Below are positions 1 to 12,265 of a stretch of DNA of 64,000 bases, piece by piece. The number at the start of each line of letters is the position of its first letter. The stretch's first letter is position 1. The notes below the pieces were generated by a model. That model was not told the origin of the DNA, ran no database searches, and saw only the letters and a list, made by a program, of their open reading frames with translations. The stretch is from Lingula anatina (taxonomy: Eukaryota > Animalia > Brachiopoda): the NCBI GenBank assembly GCA_051362555.1, contig CM120642.1:18352001-18416000 (forward strand). The letters run 5' to 3'. Both the position numbers and the translations under genes were made by a program.

Positions 1-1221
1 TTTTTTGACATTGAAAAAATGTCAAGAACAAATATTTAAAGGATAATGTATGCAGAGGTTTGCAATATATGAAAAGTCTTATTCCTAATATATATATAAA
101 GAAGAACTAATATTAGTGGGTAGGCTTATTGGATCTTTGCATTGAGCTTAGGGAATATGATTTTTGGTCAGCTACCAGATTTTAATGGCCTGATTTCAAA
201 GCTTTCAATTACAGAAGATGTAGGGTAAAGCACAAGAACCAAAATGTAATAGGCGGAAGTAATAAGTGATTTCATATTTAACTTAAGATTTTAATTTACT
301 GATTTGAATGTCATCAAATAATCTTAATGGCTCATTACAATATTCAGCTGCAGAGTTGTAAATGTCGTTTGCCAATATATCTTTGATAAAAACATTGTCA
401 GAAAACCAGTGATACTTCAGATCTATGTAAAAAAAAAGATGCATGCCGATTGGTCACAATTGTCGTGTCGTTTTGTTATGGTTGTCGTGATTGGTCAAAT
501 GTTAAAATGTTTATATGTTGATTCTCGCGTGCAATGGTTAACTTTTAAAGATGGACACGGAAGAAGGAACTAGAAGTCCTGACAGTAGATTTAATGTGTT
601 TGAAATTGTATCTAATTATTTATATAGTATAGTATTGAATTTATTACGACGTTAGCGTGAATAACGCCAGCAACGCTGGTATTCTACACTAAATAGAACG
701 ACTCCAATGGAAATGTATGATGCGTTTACTTTAATTGTCAGTTGAATGGTATACGTTGTTGAGTGATTTGTGAATTATATACTTGAAAATTATAAAAGGT
801 TGAAAGAGGTCGCCACTTTTTTCATGAAGCTCGGAAAGTAGTTTTGTTGTAGACGTTATGCATTGCGATAAACCTACATCCAAAAGAAATTACATGGATT
901 ATTATCGTTATAAGTACCAATGTTATTCAAGCTCAATTGGCCCATGCTCTCGCTGTTAATAACGGTGGGGTTGATATTGTGGCAAATCGATTGATTGATT
1001 AAACGGATCCTATTGTTGCACTTTTGTTGATTTATGATATATGATATTCTGAGTAATAAATTGTCACATCATCGAAATGGCGTTTAGTTTTATGTATCAA
1101 GTTTGGTACATATTTTCTGTTATTATATTAACAATTCTGTTAAAGAATTGTTCCAGTTTGACTATTCACTATCCCCTGCCCATCTGAGACTATTGAATTC
1201 TACCGGTGTCATGTGCAAGGT

Positions 1222-1398
1222 CCGGTGTAACGTGACTGATAGTCCCCTCCCCTATGATAGAGAGTCCGCTTCCCATTCATTTATACAGGCAACCCTCGCC
1301 CTAGATTTTGACCCACTTAAGTCGGGCTAACCCTAACCTTTGTAACTAAAAGAAGGGGGGACTTTCTGTTACACGGACCGTCAGTTTCGTTACACCGG
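1222..1398. mobile_element. Inverted-repeat element with a CTAACCCTAACC tract (MITE- or Helentron/HINE-like remnant)
   Basis: CCGGTGTAACGTGACTGATAGTCC ... GGACCGTCAGTTTCGTTACACCGG. The motif CGCCCTAGATT recurs at ~1297 and ~1421. Confidence 0.5.
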
Positions 1399-1598
1399 TT
1401 TCCATGGATTTAGAAAGCCCCGCCCTAGATTATACCCCACTCGACTCACTCTAACCCGTATGAATAAAATTTAGGACATCCTCTGTTAAAGAATTGGCCC
1501 ATCAGTTTCTTAACGTAACATAAATATATGCCTTCCATTGTTTTCCAAAATGAGTTTTGGGCCTCTTTGCATGTCGACCATCTAATACTAGTCATCCT

Positions 1599-1638
<40 letters not shown>

Positions 1639-2083
1639 GACAATGACGGTGTTACTGAAAAGTTGGCTGATCGTCTCACTGTTGTAAATACAGGGTGTAC
1701 AAAGTTTGGCCGACATCATTTCAATGGCTGAGCTCTAATTATGGGAACAGATACAATGTATACACATTTCTTAATCAAAAGTGGTACCGCACACACGTAT
1801 CATTGAAGAAAGGGCGGCAAATTCAAGAAAAAAATATAGCTATATAACGTCTCTCAAGTTCCTGTTTGCGTATTCTGATCTGAGAAACAGACTGGGTACA
1901 TTTTTAATGACCTTCGAGTTGCCGGGTAGAAGATACCTCGTGTTATCTTTTTCCTAAATGTAGGTACACACGATCCAAGTCATAGACCACTGATTTGATT
2001 ATTGTTGTTGTTAGGCAATTATCTTCAACGAGTTTGTTGACATCCGGAGATCCAGGGCAGTGCAATTTTATGTGTACCAAAAA

Positions 2084-2118
<35 letters not shown>

Positions 2119-2537
2119 ATGAAACAACTGGATGATTGTACAAATTAGACGTAAATATTTCGCGGTATATCCTCTGAAAGGTATATCCTCTAAAAGCCGA
2201 CGAACTTGAGAAGAATCAGCATGTTTTTTTATGATGATCCTTCAAATATCCTGCGTTCGTCCTTATGTAGTTCACCTAAAGTGTATGTGCATGTGATGAA
2301 TTTGACAGCGGCTTATCATCTTATCCTGACGTTGCGCCACGTACGTGACAACGAGACCCTTTCAGATGGGCTTAAGCTTGACCTCTGCATGGCGAACGAG
2401 CTATGTCAGTCACAGTGAATTGAAAACTGTTTAATAAATTACTCCTGTAATCCGCTTTACGGGGTTGTATCCTGCAAAGGAGTGTAGAACCGTAGAAGAT
2501 TAAGGAGAGAAAGTGCCAACACAGGTGTTGCCTTCTA

Positions 2538-5500
2538 ATGCCAAAGATGTATCAGCGTGCCTTCTGGGTTCCGTTGTTCCTTGCAGTCCTCTTAGTCTCT
2601 GAAAGCACAGGTAATTTTTTTATATAAATTAATAATATTTTATCTTTTGATACACCGTAAAGTGGATCGTTATTAATCCCCGTCTTTAAAATAAACAAAC
2701 AAATCAATAAAATTGAAGCGTCAACGTAAAGGTAGAACTTAGTATTAACACCTATAGCTCATGGCAAATAAGCAACGTGACTTTTTTAGGTCCAAGTCAA
2801 TCTCCTGACACAAACAAATGCCTTCTTGTTAACGCTAACGATGATAAACTGTCACACAGAAAAATTTGATACTTTTTCGTTCCAGAACCATATAAACAAC
2901 TTCAATTTGAAACAATGGTTTTGAACCTTTGACTCGGGCATATTGTGAAATAGCTTGAGTGAAAAAGCTTCCAAAGTATTGAATGCGTACTTTTAGACAA
3001 ACCTTTTACTTAGACGCTCATTATAAACATAAACCTTTTTGCACTAGTGGTCCATCCTCAGAAAAATGAACATTGGAGCCACAGATTTGAAGCACAAATT
3101 TTGTGTCCTATTTGCATAATTTTGGCATGCGCCATTATTTTCGTTATTTTATACTATGGTTCCCTCAAATGTGGAAAGAAATCAATAGTAATTTAAAATG
3201 ATATCAAACACATATGCAGATATTAAACAAAACGTGTGTCACTAAATGGGGCTGTGCATTAGCGGCCTGAATATCTACTCATCATTATCTACATATACAA
3301 TCATCAGCGGCAACACTAGCAGCAATAACAATGCCATTTTAAAACTGAAACGTATAATATTTGGGAAAAAATCCTGACAAAAAGTAAACGTTTCATTACA
3401 GCCGTCCTTAAGGGGCTATGGTCGTTCAATCAAGACTCATTCACGCCAGGAAACTCATTCAGCGACAAGTCAAGGCAGAATAATAAAGCAATTCTCAAAC
3501 CGGGATCTACGGCAACATTTGGTTCTGGATCTGGAACAGGGATAAAATTATCATCCGGTGCCTATATCTCCGTGTCCAACACTGATGGGGCATTCAGTAG
3601 CATGTTTGGAAGCTTTGCCGTAGTAATGGCGATAAAACCAACGGCACTGCAGCCGGCAACTCTGTTTGAGTTCGACAGTGATTATGGATCCGGATACGGA
3701 TCCAAAATAGAAATGGTTGCGGATCCAGCAGGATCGCTGAAAATCTTCGCCCCGCCGCCTCTCTATGGGGATATCAATGCAAGAACTGTTCAGGGGGTTC
3801 TGAAACGTCGCAGCTGGAACTATCTCACCATTTCCTACGATTACCAGACAGGATCAATGAAGATTTACAGCGGGTCCGATTTAGTTAGAGACTATCAACT
3901 CACAGCGTTCCCAACATCTAATACAAAAGGGTTTCGGGTAGGAAAAGGGTTCACGACGTCTTCAACGTTTACAGGCCAAGTAGCGTGCGTGCAGGTGCAC
4001 GACCAACCCATTACGACCAGTGCCAGCCTTCAAAAGATGTGGAAACTCTGTGGATATGAAGGTAGGTCACATTTCTCTTTCTTGAAATACCCCTTTGCAA
4101 TTTTTGAAATGCTTTACTTGTGATAAAGGCGATGGACCTTCTTTATTGATATTTCTTCAATGCTATGTATTATATTGGTTGCATTGATATTTAATACTAA
4201 ACCAATGACATATTCTATTTAGATTTATTTTCATATTTTAGTCCCTTCTGTTCGGGATTCTCTACCTGCAGGTAAGACTATTTTAGGTCTTCTTGACTTG
4301 TGTTAAAGTGTCTCACTCCTCGGTTGCACAATTATTTTCTGTGTATTATGTTCTACAACTCAGATGTACAAATTTAATGTCACCATGCAACAAAATATTG
4401 TCAAATATCGCATTTTGTCTTTGGCATTTCATGCATTTATAGAAAATGTAAGTTGAAGGCTTCCTTGACGCTGCCACGGTAGACATTTCCAAATGATCGT
4501 CAGCGCACTGAATACGTTTTTGTTATATTTGTACAAAGCACTTAGCATGTATCTCGTGGCATCACAGTCCCATACAAAGTCATGTATTAATTGAATAAAT
4601 TTCATGAAAAATTGTTATTATCATTGTATCCTTACACTTCATAAGTTTAGAACGCCGTACTAATATGTTTTTATGTTCATGAACTTGTTTGTAACCTATT
4701 TGCAAATCTTGTTTTACTCAAATATTATTGCAATAATATAGCATCAGGTTGCCGTGGGTGATATGCTTTATCATGACCAGTATTTTTATTTATCATAATA
4801 AACATTTTGCATAAATTTCATCATAGAATCTTCTATCAAAAGGTTGCCTTACGCCCAAAGACCTCACCTTTGCTCTGGACGGTTCGTCTAGCATGAAGGA
4901 CGAACTATTCATCAGCCAACTGGACTTCGTGCAAAACTTGGTCGCTACGTTCGCTGTCGGGCAGTCTAAAGGTACCGCTTCGATTTTTTTTTTTTTTTGG
5001 TGTCTTACTTTACGTTAGAAAACATACCTACATACATATTTTATGTCTTAATTGTCGCCAAAGTTTTTTCAGTAATTGCGTTGACAATGACCCGTGTAAA
5101 AAGTAGAAAAGATATTACCATTATCCACTACTGGTATAGGCTATCTGTTATGGAAAGCTAAACCATCACACCTGTTTGCAAGTTGTTGCTTGTTTCCATC
5201 TGGGGCTATCTAAAGTTAGGACACACCACTGGGTAGCTACATTAAGCTGATATTATTATCAGTGGCGGATCCAGAATTTTTGAAAGAGGGAGGGGGAGGG
5301 TCCGGTTTTTTAAGGATTGACAGGCCTTGGATTAAAAGACCGACCTTCACCCCCTTGGCGTCTGATCAGGTTCCGGACACGCTCGAGGACCCGAAAAAAT
5401 GGCCTTTGGAGGGGAAGTGGCGCCATTTGGTACGGTTTAGAACTATGATTCAGCAAAGACATTGTTTGAAGCCTTTTTTATCTGAAATCGAAGGAGGGAG

Positions 5501-8500
5501 AGGGTCAGGACCCCCTAAATCCACCAATGTATTATAATAACATTGCATATTTTTATTATTTTAGATCACGTTGGATTTGTAAGCTACGGCACAGATATTG
5601 GCACATCTGTTGGTCTTAACAAGTTCAAAACAACGGCGGAGGTACTTGGAGGTCTTGGAAAAATAACCCCTCCTAAAGGGCTGACTAACACCTATCTGGC
5701 GATAGAAGATATGATCAAGACATTGAATAATGGTAAGTTGTGCATGTTATATTACTTACACGGCCGCCGTCCTGGTCGCTCGTATGCATGCACACAAACA
5801 CACCTCACACACATAGTAAAATGGATGTGCAACCCGCAAACTAGAATTAAATATATTTTCGAAAACTTTTAATGTTGAAGCTTTTGTATCTTCATTCTAA
5901 GACAAAAAATAATAATTTACATTTTCTCAAATCACCTTTTCATTGTGACAGAGCCCTACTATTCATCATAACTCCTCTCTCTCTCTCTCTCTCTCAAGGT
6001 GCACGCACTTACGTTCGCAAAATAGCCATCATTTTGACGGACGGACAATCTCATAATTCGAAACGAACAAACAAGGCCGCAAAAGATCTACGTGGTTTGG
6101 GAGCTGAGCTCTACGTCATTGGTGTTGGGGTAAAAGACACAACAGAAGTGACGAAATTAGCGGGAGATGCCTCCAGAGTATTCACTACGACAGATTTCAA
6201 GAATGCGCTAGATCTGAAACGTAATATTGGATCTGCTGTTTGCGGTGGTAAGTCTTGATGGAAATGACCCTAATATACTTTTTGTAGGGCCAAAATATCC
6301 ACACACTGAAGTTTCAACTACCGGTCGATATAAAAACTTGTGGAAATATACATGCGCAAGGTCCCATGTAGGATTTTATATTGCACACTTGTGCAATATT
6401 TCCATTAGTTTAATTTATTATACCTTCACTTGATGGTCTCATCCATCTATAGAGAATATTCCCAGAGACTATCGTACTAATTTTGGATTGATCTATCTCC
6501 AAGGGAGTTCTCACTAACTTGCTAACAAGTTAAGCGGCTTAGATGTCGCGCATGCCCACTGAAGCAGTTAGAGGGTAATTAACTATTGTTTAGCAGCTTT
6601 AGTAGGCGTGCCAGACATCTAAGCCGTTTGTGTTAAAAGCAATCTAACGAGAAACCCCTTGGAGATGGGTCGATCCAGTAAGATCGATCTAGGCATGGGA
6701 ACCCAGTCTATGGGTGTATTTCCAGAGATTTAGATCAATCCAGAGATTAATGTTTAGATCGACCTAACTCCCTGGGGGTTCCCGCTAAATTGCAGTCAGC
6801 CGAGCGAGCACCATAGTTAATTACCACCTTACAGCTTTCAGTAGGCGGGACAGACGCTTAAGCCGGCTAAGCTGACAGGAATCTAGTGAGACTCCCCACA
6901 GGGATAGATCGATCTAAAACCTATGGAAATGGGATCTTTGTCTTTGCAGTGCATGCATCACTTTATTTACTTATTACTTTATTTCTTGTTGCACTTACGC
7001 ACATGTCTAAAACAATTTGTTTAGCCATTTGTATGAATAACGCAATTGTAAAATACCAGTCTGCCTCACTTTTATCTTTTTTCACCACTAATAAGAACAC
7101 ACTGTCATGGAAAGAAATAGCACACTAGTGGAACATAACTTGAGAACATATGAATATTTGCATTGGTTTTGTTGTAGATAAATGTTCCAAAAATGTGTGC
7201 AAAAACGGCGGCACGTGTCACAAGGGAGCTGGTAGTAAGGAACGCTGTGATTGTGCCCCCGTCTTCACTGGCGACAGGTAAGACCTCTCTGATATCCTTA
7301 AAGACTGACATTTGTATCTTTGCAAAAACGTGTTTTTTAGAGAATGGTAAAAAACGGTACGGAATATGTTTAAAAAAAGTACCAAAAGACCTCCAGTGTA
7401 TGATCTCTTAATGGGAACAGTTGTAAAAAAAGTACGCCATGACTTACTTGAATATTCTATTGTGTGATTCAGATGTGAGACAAACATAAACCAATGCGGC
7501 CTCAACAACCCGTGTTTGAATGGTGCAACGTGTAAGGTGGATCTCAAGACTGCTGCCGTCGTCTGCTCTTGTCCGCCTGGGTTCAGTGGGAAATTGTGTA
7601 ATATTAAAGATCCCTGCGCTAGTCTTATCTGTGCCAATGGTGGAAAGTGCCTAGCAAATGGAAAGAATGCCATTTGCAACTGCCCGAAAGGGTTCGCCGG
7701 TGATAGGTGCCAAACCATAATTTACTGTGCCTCACACCCTTGTCAAAATGGCGGGAGCTGTCAGGAGGGCAATGGGAAATATTCTTGTGTCTGCCAGCGA
7801 GGGTTTTCTGGGGTGAACTGTGAATTGCCCATTGACCATTGTTTGTCATCACCCTGTAAGAACGGTGCAAGCTGCTCCAGCGTTCCCGGTCAGTACATTT
7901 GTGTCTGTGCCGCAGATTTCACGGGTAAAACATGTGATAAGAAGATAGACAATTGCGCGTCCAGACCATGTCAACATGGCGGCGCCTGTGTGGATGGAAT
8001 CAATGACTTTTCTTGCAAATGTCTAAATGGGTTTAAAGGGAAAACGTGTAGCGAAATCGATGGGTGCCACTCAAACCCTTGCCAGAATCAGGGTTTCTGT
8101 GTCGCGGTCGACAAATTGGGAGGGTTTAAGTGTACGTGCCGTGCAGGATTCACGGGAACCAAATGTGAGAGCAATATAAACGAATGTGCATCGCAGCCGT
8201 GTGTCAATAAAGCTACATGTGTGGATGGTGTGAACTCGTTTTATTGCCAGTGCTTCCCGGGCACCGCGGGATCAACTTGTAGCATAGTTACGAACGGTTG
8301 CTGGTCAAGCCCGTGTATGAACGGCGCCACGTGTAAAGGGAGGTTTGGAGGCTACACATGCCAATGTCCACCAAAGTATACCGGCAAAAATTGCCAAACT
8401 GAGATCAATTTTTGCGCTTCGAACCCATGTCAGAACGGCGCCACGTGCATTGACGGGAAATCCGGATTCAGCTGCAGGTGTCTCAAACACTTCACAGGGC

Positions 8501-11370
8501 CTTCTTGTGGGACAGCGGTGGATTACTGCGTGTCTTCGCCATGTCGTAATGGAGGCACATGTCAACGAAAACTTGGCGGCTACACATGTAAGTGCGGTGC
8601 AGCATTTCAGGGGGTTCATTGCGAGAATGCAGTCGACTTTTGCCGATCTTCACCGTGTTCAAACGGCGGCAAATGTACAAGTCAGCTGAGCGGGTACCAA
8701 TGCGTTTGTCCTGCGTTGTACACAGGCAAACAGTGTCAGACACAGATCAATTTCTGCAATTCTTCCCCTTGTTTGAATGGAGCAACGTGTAACAGTGTGT
8801 TGGGAGGTTACAGTTGTAAATGCGGTCCTTTTTACACCGGTAAACGTTGCCAGACGCAAGTAGATTTCTGCAATTCGTCTCCATGTTTGAACGGAGCAAC
8901 ATGTAACAGTGTGTTGGGGGGTTACACTTGTAAATGTGGTCCTTATTACACCGGTAAACATTGCCAGACGCAAGTAGATTTCTGCAAGTCGTCCCCATGT
9001 TTAAATGGCGGTAAATGTGTACCACAGCTTGGTGGCTTTAAATGCACGTGTCCTTCTATCTACATGGGTAAAACATGCGGTATTCAAGTCAATTTTTGTC
9101 AGTCTAACCCCTGCCAGCATGGGTCCACGTGTCAGCCTAAACTTGGAGGTTATTCTTGTAGTTGTAACAATCATTACACCGGTAATCATTGTCAGACGCA
9201 GATAGATTTCTGCAATTCGTCTCCATGTTTGAATGGAGCAACTTGTAACAGTATGTTGGGAGGTTACAGTTGTAAATGCGGTCCTTTTTACACCGGAAAA
9301 CATTGCCAGACGCAGATAAATTTCTGCAATTCTTCCCCATGTTTGAACGGAGCAACGTGTAACAGTGTGTTGGGAGGTTACAGTTGTAAATGCGGTCCTT
9401 TTTACACCGGAAAACATTGCCAGACGCAGATAGACTTCTGCAAGTCGTCTCCATGTTTAAATGGCGGTATATGTGTACCTCAGCTTGGTGGCTTTAAATG
9501 CACGTGTCCTTCTATCTACATGGGTAAAACATGCGGTACTCAAATCAATTTTTGTCAGTCTAATCCCTGCCAGCATGGTTCCACGTGTCAGCCTAAACTT
9601 GGAGGTTATTCTTGCAGTTGTAATAATCATTACACCGGTAATCATTGTCAGACGCAGATAGATTTCTGCAATTCTTCCCCATGTTTGAATGGAGCAACGT
9701 GTAACAGTGTGTTGGGCGCTTACACTTGTAAATGTGGTCCTTTTTACACCGGTAATCATTGCCAGACGCAGATAGATTTCTGCAATTCTTCCCCTTGTTT
9801 GAACGGAGCAACGTGTAACAGTGTGTTGGGAGGTTACAGTTGTAAATGTGGTCCTTTTTACACCGGTAAACATTGCCAGACGCAAGTAGATTTCTGCAAG
9901 TCGTCCCCCTGTTTAAATGGCGGTATATGTGTCCCGCAGCTTGGTGGCTTTAAATGCACGTGTCCTTCTTTCTACATGGGTAAAACATGCGGTACTCAAA
10001 TCAATTTTTGTCAGTCTAACCCCTGCCAGCATGGGTCCACGTGTCAGCCTAAACTTGGAGGTTATTCTTGCAGTTGTAATAATCATTACACCGGTAATCA
10101 TTGTCAGACGCAGATAGATTTCTGCAAGTCGTCCCCATGTTTGAATGGAGCAACGTGTAACAGTGTGTTGGGAGGTTACAGTTGTAAATGTGGTCCTTTT
10201 TACACCGGAAAACATTGCCAGACGCAGATAGACTTCTGCAAGTCGTCTCCATGTTTAAATGGCGGTATATGTGTACCTCAGCTTGGTGGCTTTAAATGCA
10301 CGTGTCCTTCTATCTACATGGGTAAAACATGCGGCACTCAAATCAATTTTTGTCAGTCTAATCCCTGCCAGCATGGTTCCACGTGTCAGCCTAAACTTGG
10401 AGGTTATTCTTGCAGTTGTAATAATCATTACACCGGTAATCATTGTCAGACGCAGATAGATTTCTGCAATTCTTCCCCTTGTTTGAATGGAGCAACGTGT
10501 AACAGTGTGTTGGGAGGTTACAGTTGTAAATGTGGTCCTTTTCACACCGGTAAACATTGCCAGACGCAAATAGATTTTTGCAAGTCCACTCCATGTTTGA
10601 ACGGAGCAACTTGCAACAGTTTGTTGGGGGGTTACACTTGTACTTGCGGTCCTTCTTACACCGGTATAAATTGCAAAACGCAGATAGATTTCTGTAATTC
10701 GTCTCCATGTTTGAACGGAGCATCGTGTAACAGTGTGTTGGGAGGATACAACTGTAAATGTGGGCCTTTTTACACCGGTAAACATTGCCAGACGCAGATA
10801 GATTTCTGCAAGTCGTCCCCATGTTTGAATGGCGCTACCTGTAAAAGTAACCTCGGTGGCTATCAGTGTATATGTCCTTCGTTTTACACTGGCAAGCAAT
10901 GTGGGACCCAAATCGATTTCTGTCAGTCCAACCCATGTCAGCATGGGTCCACGTGCGCTCCGAAGCTTGGGGGCTACGTCTGCACCTGTCCGACCACCCA
11001 CACGGGAACCAACTGCCAAACCCGTGTCGACCCTTGCGCCAGCTCCCCCTGTCTTCACGGCGGTAACTGTATCACACGACTCGATGGGACCTTCCAGTGC
11101 ACGTGCCAAAAGGTGTGGACCGGTGCCCGCTGTGAGCAATGCCTTTGTCAGAACGGAGGTAGATGTGACTATAGTCACAGTGACGGTCACGTGTGTCGCT
11201 GCATGGCGGGGTTCATCGGGACGAAGTGTGAGACTGATGAGAACGAATGCGACAGCTACCCATGCTATTTTGGCGTATGTAGAGACTTGGTTAACGACTA
11301 TAAATGTCACTGTGACCCCGGATACACAGGTAAAAACTGTGACGTTAAGTCTGGCAGCTTGATTGGTTAA
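2538..11370 (+). CDS. Secreted multidomain protein (~1768 aa): signal peptide, LamG/concanavalin-A-like domain, vWA domain, ~35 EGF-like repeats (fibropellin/Notch-like EGF array, no transmembrane segment)
   Basis: Exons 2538-2610, 3402-4061, 4242-4271, 4843-4971, 5565-5732, 5999-6247, 7178-7277, 7473-11370. All junctions are GT-AG and phase-compatible; total 5307 nt = 1769 codons. N-terminus MPKMYQRAFWVPLFLAVLLVSEST resembles a signal peptide (ATG 2547 is an alternative start). GLWSFN..DKS..NNKA and WNYLTISYD..GSMKIY..FTGQVACVQVHD are LamG-like. DLTFALDGSSS / GLTNT / IILTDGQS form the vWA MIDAS. C-x4-C-x5-C-x8-C-x-C-x8-C repeats follow, ending DVKSGSLIG*. Confidence 0.88.
5260..5529. mobile_element. 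MITE with CAGTGGCGGAT-type termini in intron 4 of the EGF gene
   Basis: CAGTGGCGGATCCAG ... CTAAATCCACCAATG; flanks TATTATTAT / TATTATAAT; GC-rich interior in AT-rich intron. Explains the spurious ORF 5262-5537. Confidence 0.7.
6452..6708. mobile_element. Related, internally palindromic sister-family element directly upstream of the 6712 copy
   Basis: TTCCCAGAG ... CATGGGAA ends; inverted arms ATCTCCAAGGG/CCCTTGGAGAT and CGGCTTAGATGTC/GACATCTAAGCCG. Shares GGTAATTAACTAT and CAGCTTT..GTAGGCG with the ~225-bp family. Confidence 0.65.
6712..6936 (+). mobile_element. Third, more diverged copy of the ~225-bp element, in intron 6 of the EGF gene
   Basis: Colinear with 49002-49226 (GACCTAACTCCCTGGGGGTT, GCTAAATTGCAGTCAGCCGAGCG, GTAGGCGGGACAGACGCTTAA, CTATGGAAATGGG). 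Confidence 0.88.
8737..11016 (+). repeat. Coding tandem array of 20 x 114-bp EGF units with higher-order 456-bp (AABC) periodicity
   Basis: Unit types are A (CNSSPCLNGATCNSVLGGYSCKCGPFYTGKHC), B (CKSSPCLNGGICVPQLGGFKCTCPSIYMGKTC) and C (CQSNPCQHGSTCQPKLGGYSCSCNNHYTGNHC). Order: AABC AABC AABC ABC AA'A B'C'. Off-frame shadow ORFs recur at 9005, 9461, 9917 (456-nt spacing) and 10259 (342 nt). Confidence 0.95.
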
Positions 11371-12259
11371 AGTATTGTCAGTTTTATTTACAGTTCAAAA
11401 CCCTTTCACACTTTTCTGTATGGCGCCAATTTGAGAGATTGTCAATTTTGTAGCCTGGCTTTTTCATAAGAAAGCCACTTTAACCCTCCACTCGATATGT
11501 CCACTTTACCGGAATAATTTTGATCCATAATTGGTATATTGGTGCTTGTTTAAGAGACAAAAAAAACCTTGGCAGCGTAATTACACATTAAGAGCAGTCA
11601 AACTGGTACGATACAGAAAAGTGTACCGCTCATCGTAAAAAGGGCCACAGAGACTAAGACTAAATGCACATGTTTTGCTGGAAATAAGTCCTTTAGTTGT
11701 AGTTCCTAAATAGCATTTTGTGTTATAATAAACGAACAATGTCTTCATTCTGTTGGCATTAAGAGAAGGCATTCGGTCACATCTAGCTTATTTGCGACCA
11801 TAGCTTTAAGTAATATTGGTCTCTTGAACGTTTATTTGTTTAATTGGATCGCTTTAATTGTAAGGACAGTTTACGGAATTTATGAAATATGTAAGGCAAG
11901 GCCTTAAAGTAAAAAAATGTGACCACAGTCCCATGTTTGGTATATACATGGATGTTCTTGTGTGATGCGAAAGATGCTCCGACTGTGTCATGTTACACCG
12001 GTCATGTAGGGATGAGCTAAAAGACGTGCTGTTGGAGTTTAACCAACTAAATAATTGGTTAGTTCAATTAAGCGAAATCCGTTTATGGAATGACTTATAT
12101 TACTAAGTGAGGTTGAAATTAGTGAAACTTAAAACTTTCACTAGGAAAACTTGAAATTATGCCTTGTGTTAGATTAAGGCTTGGATGAAGAAAGGGTTTT
12201 AAAAGGTTCTTGTTTAACTTTAACAAAAAAAAGCTTGTAGTTTAAGAAAAAAAAAGATC

Positions 12260-12265
12260 AATAAA
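12260..12265 (+). promoter_or_regulatory. Probable polyadenylation signal (AATAAA) of the EGF-array gene
   Basis: AATAAA ~890 nt after the stop, followed by a GT/T-rich tract (TGTGCTTGTTTTT, TTGTTTGT) at ~12291-12320. Confidence 0.5.

Noticed and set aside
1318-1345. Telomeric repeat (CTAACCCTAACC)
   Set aside because: Only two units, embedded in an inverted-repeat element.
1446-2143. Poly-K, poly-F and FIYL-repeat ORFs here and at 15957, 17626, 18102, 27140
   Set aside because: They are translations of homopolymers and microsatellites.
8737-11016. Regular repeats resembling a CRISPR array
   Set aside because: No unique spacers; the units are in-frame EGF codons in a eukaryotic gene, and no cas genes are present.
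8305-11362. Many antisense and off-frame ORFs over the EGF array (e.g. 10255-11310, 351 aa)
   Set aside because: They are shadows of the repetitive coding frame and repeat with the same 114/456-nt period.
7473-11370. Calling the EGF gene Notch, Delta, Crumbs or fibropellin
   Set aside because: It lacks LNR, ankyrin, TM, DSL, CUB and avidin domains and has N-terminal LamG+vWA instead.
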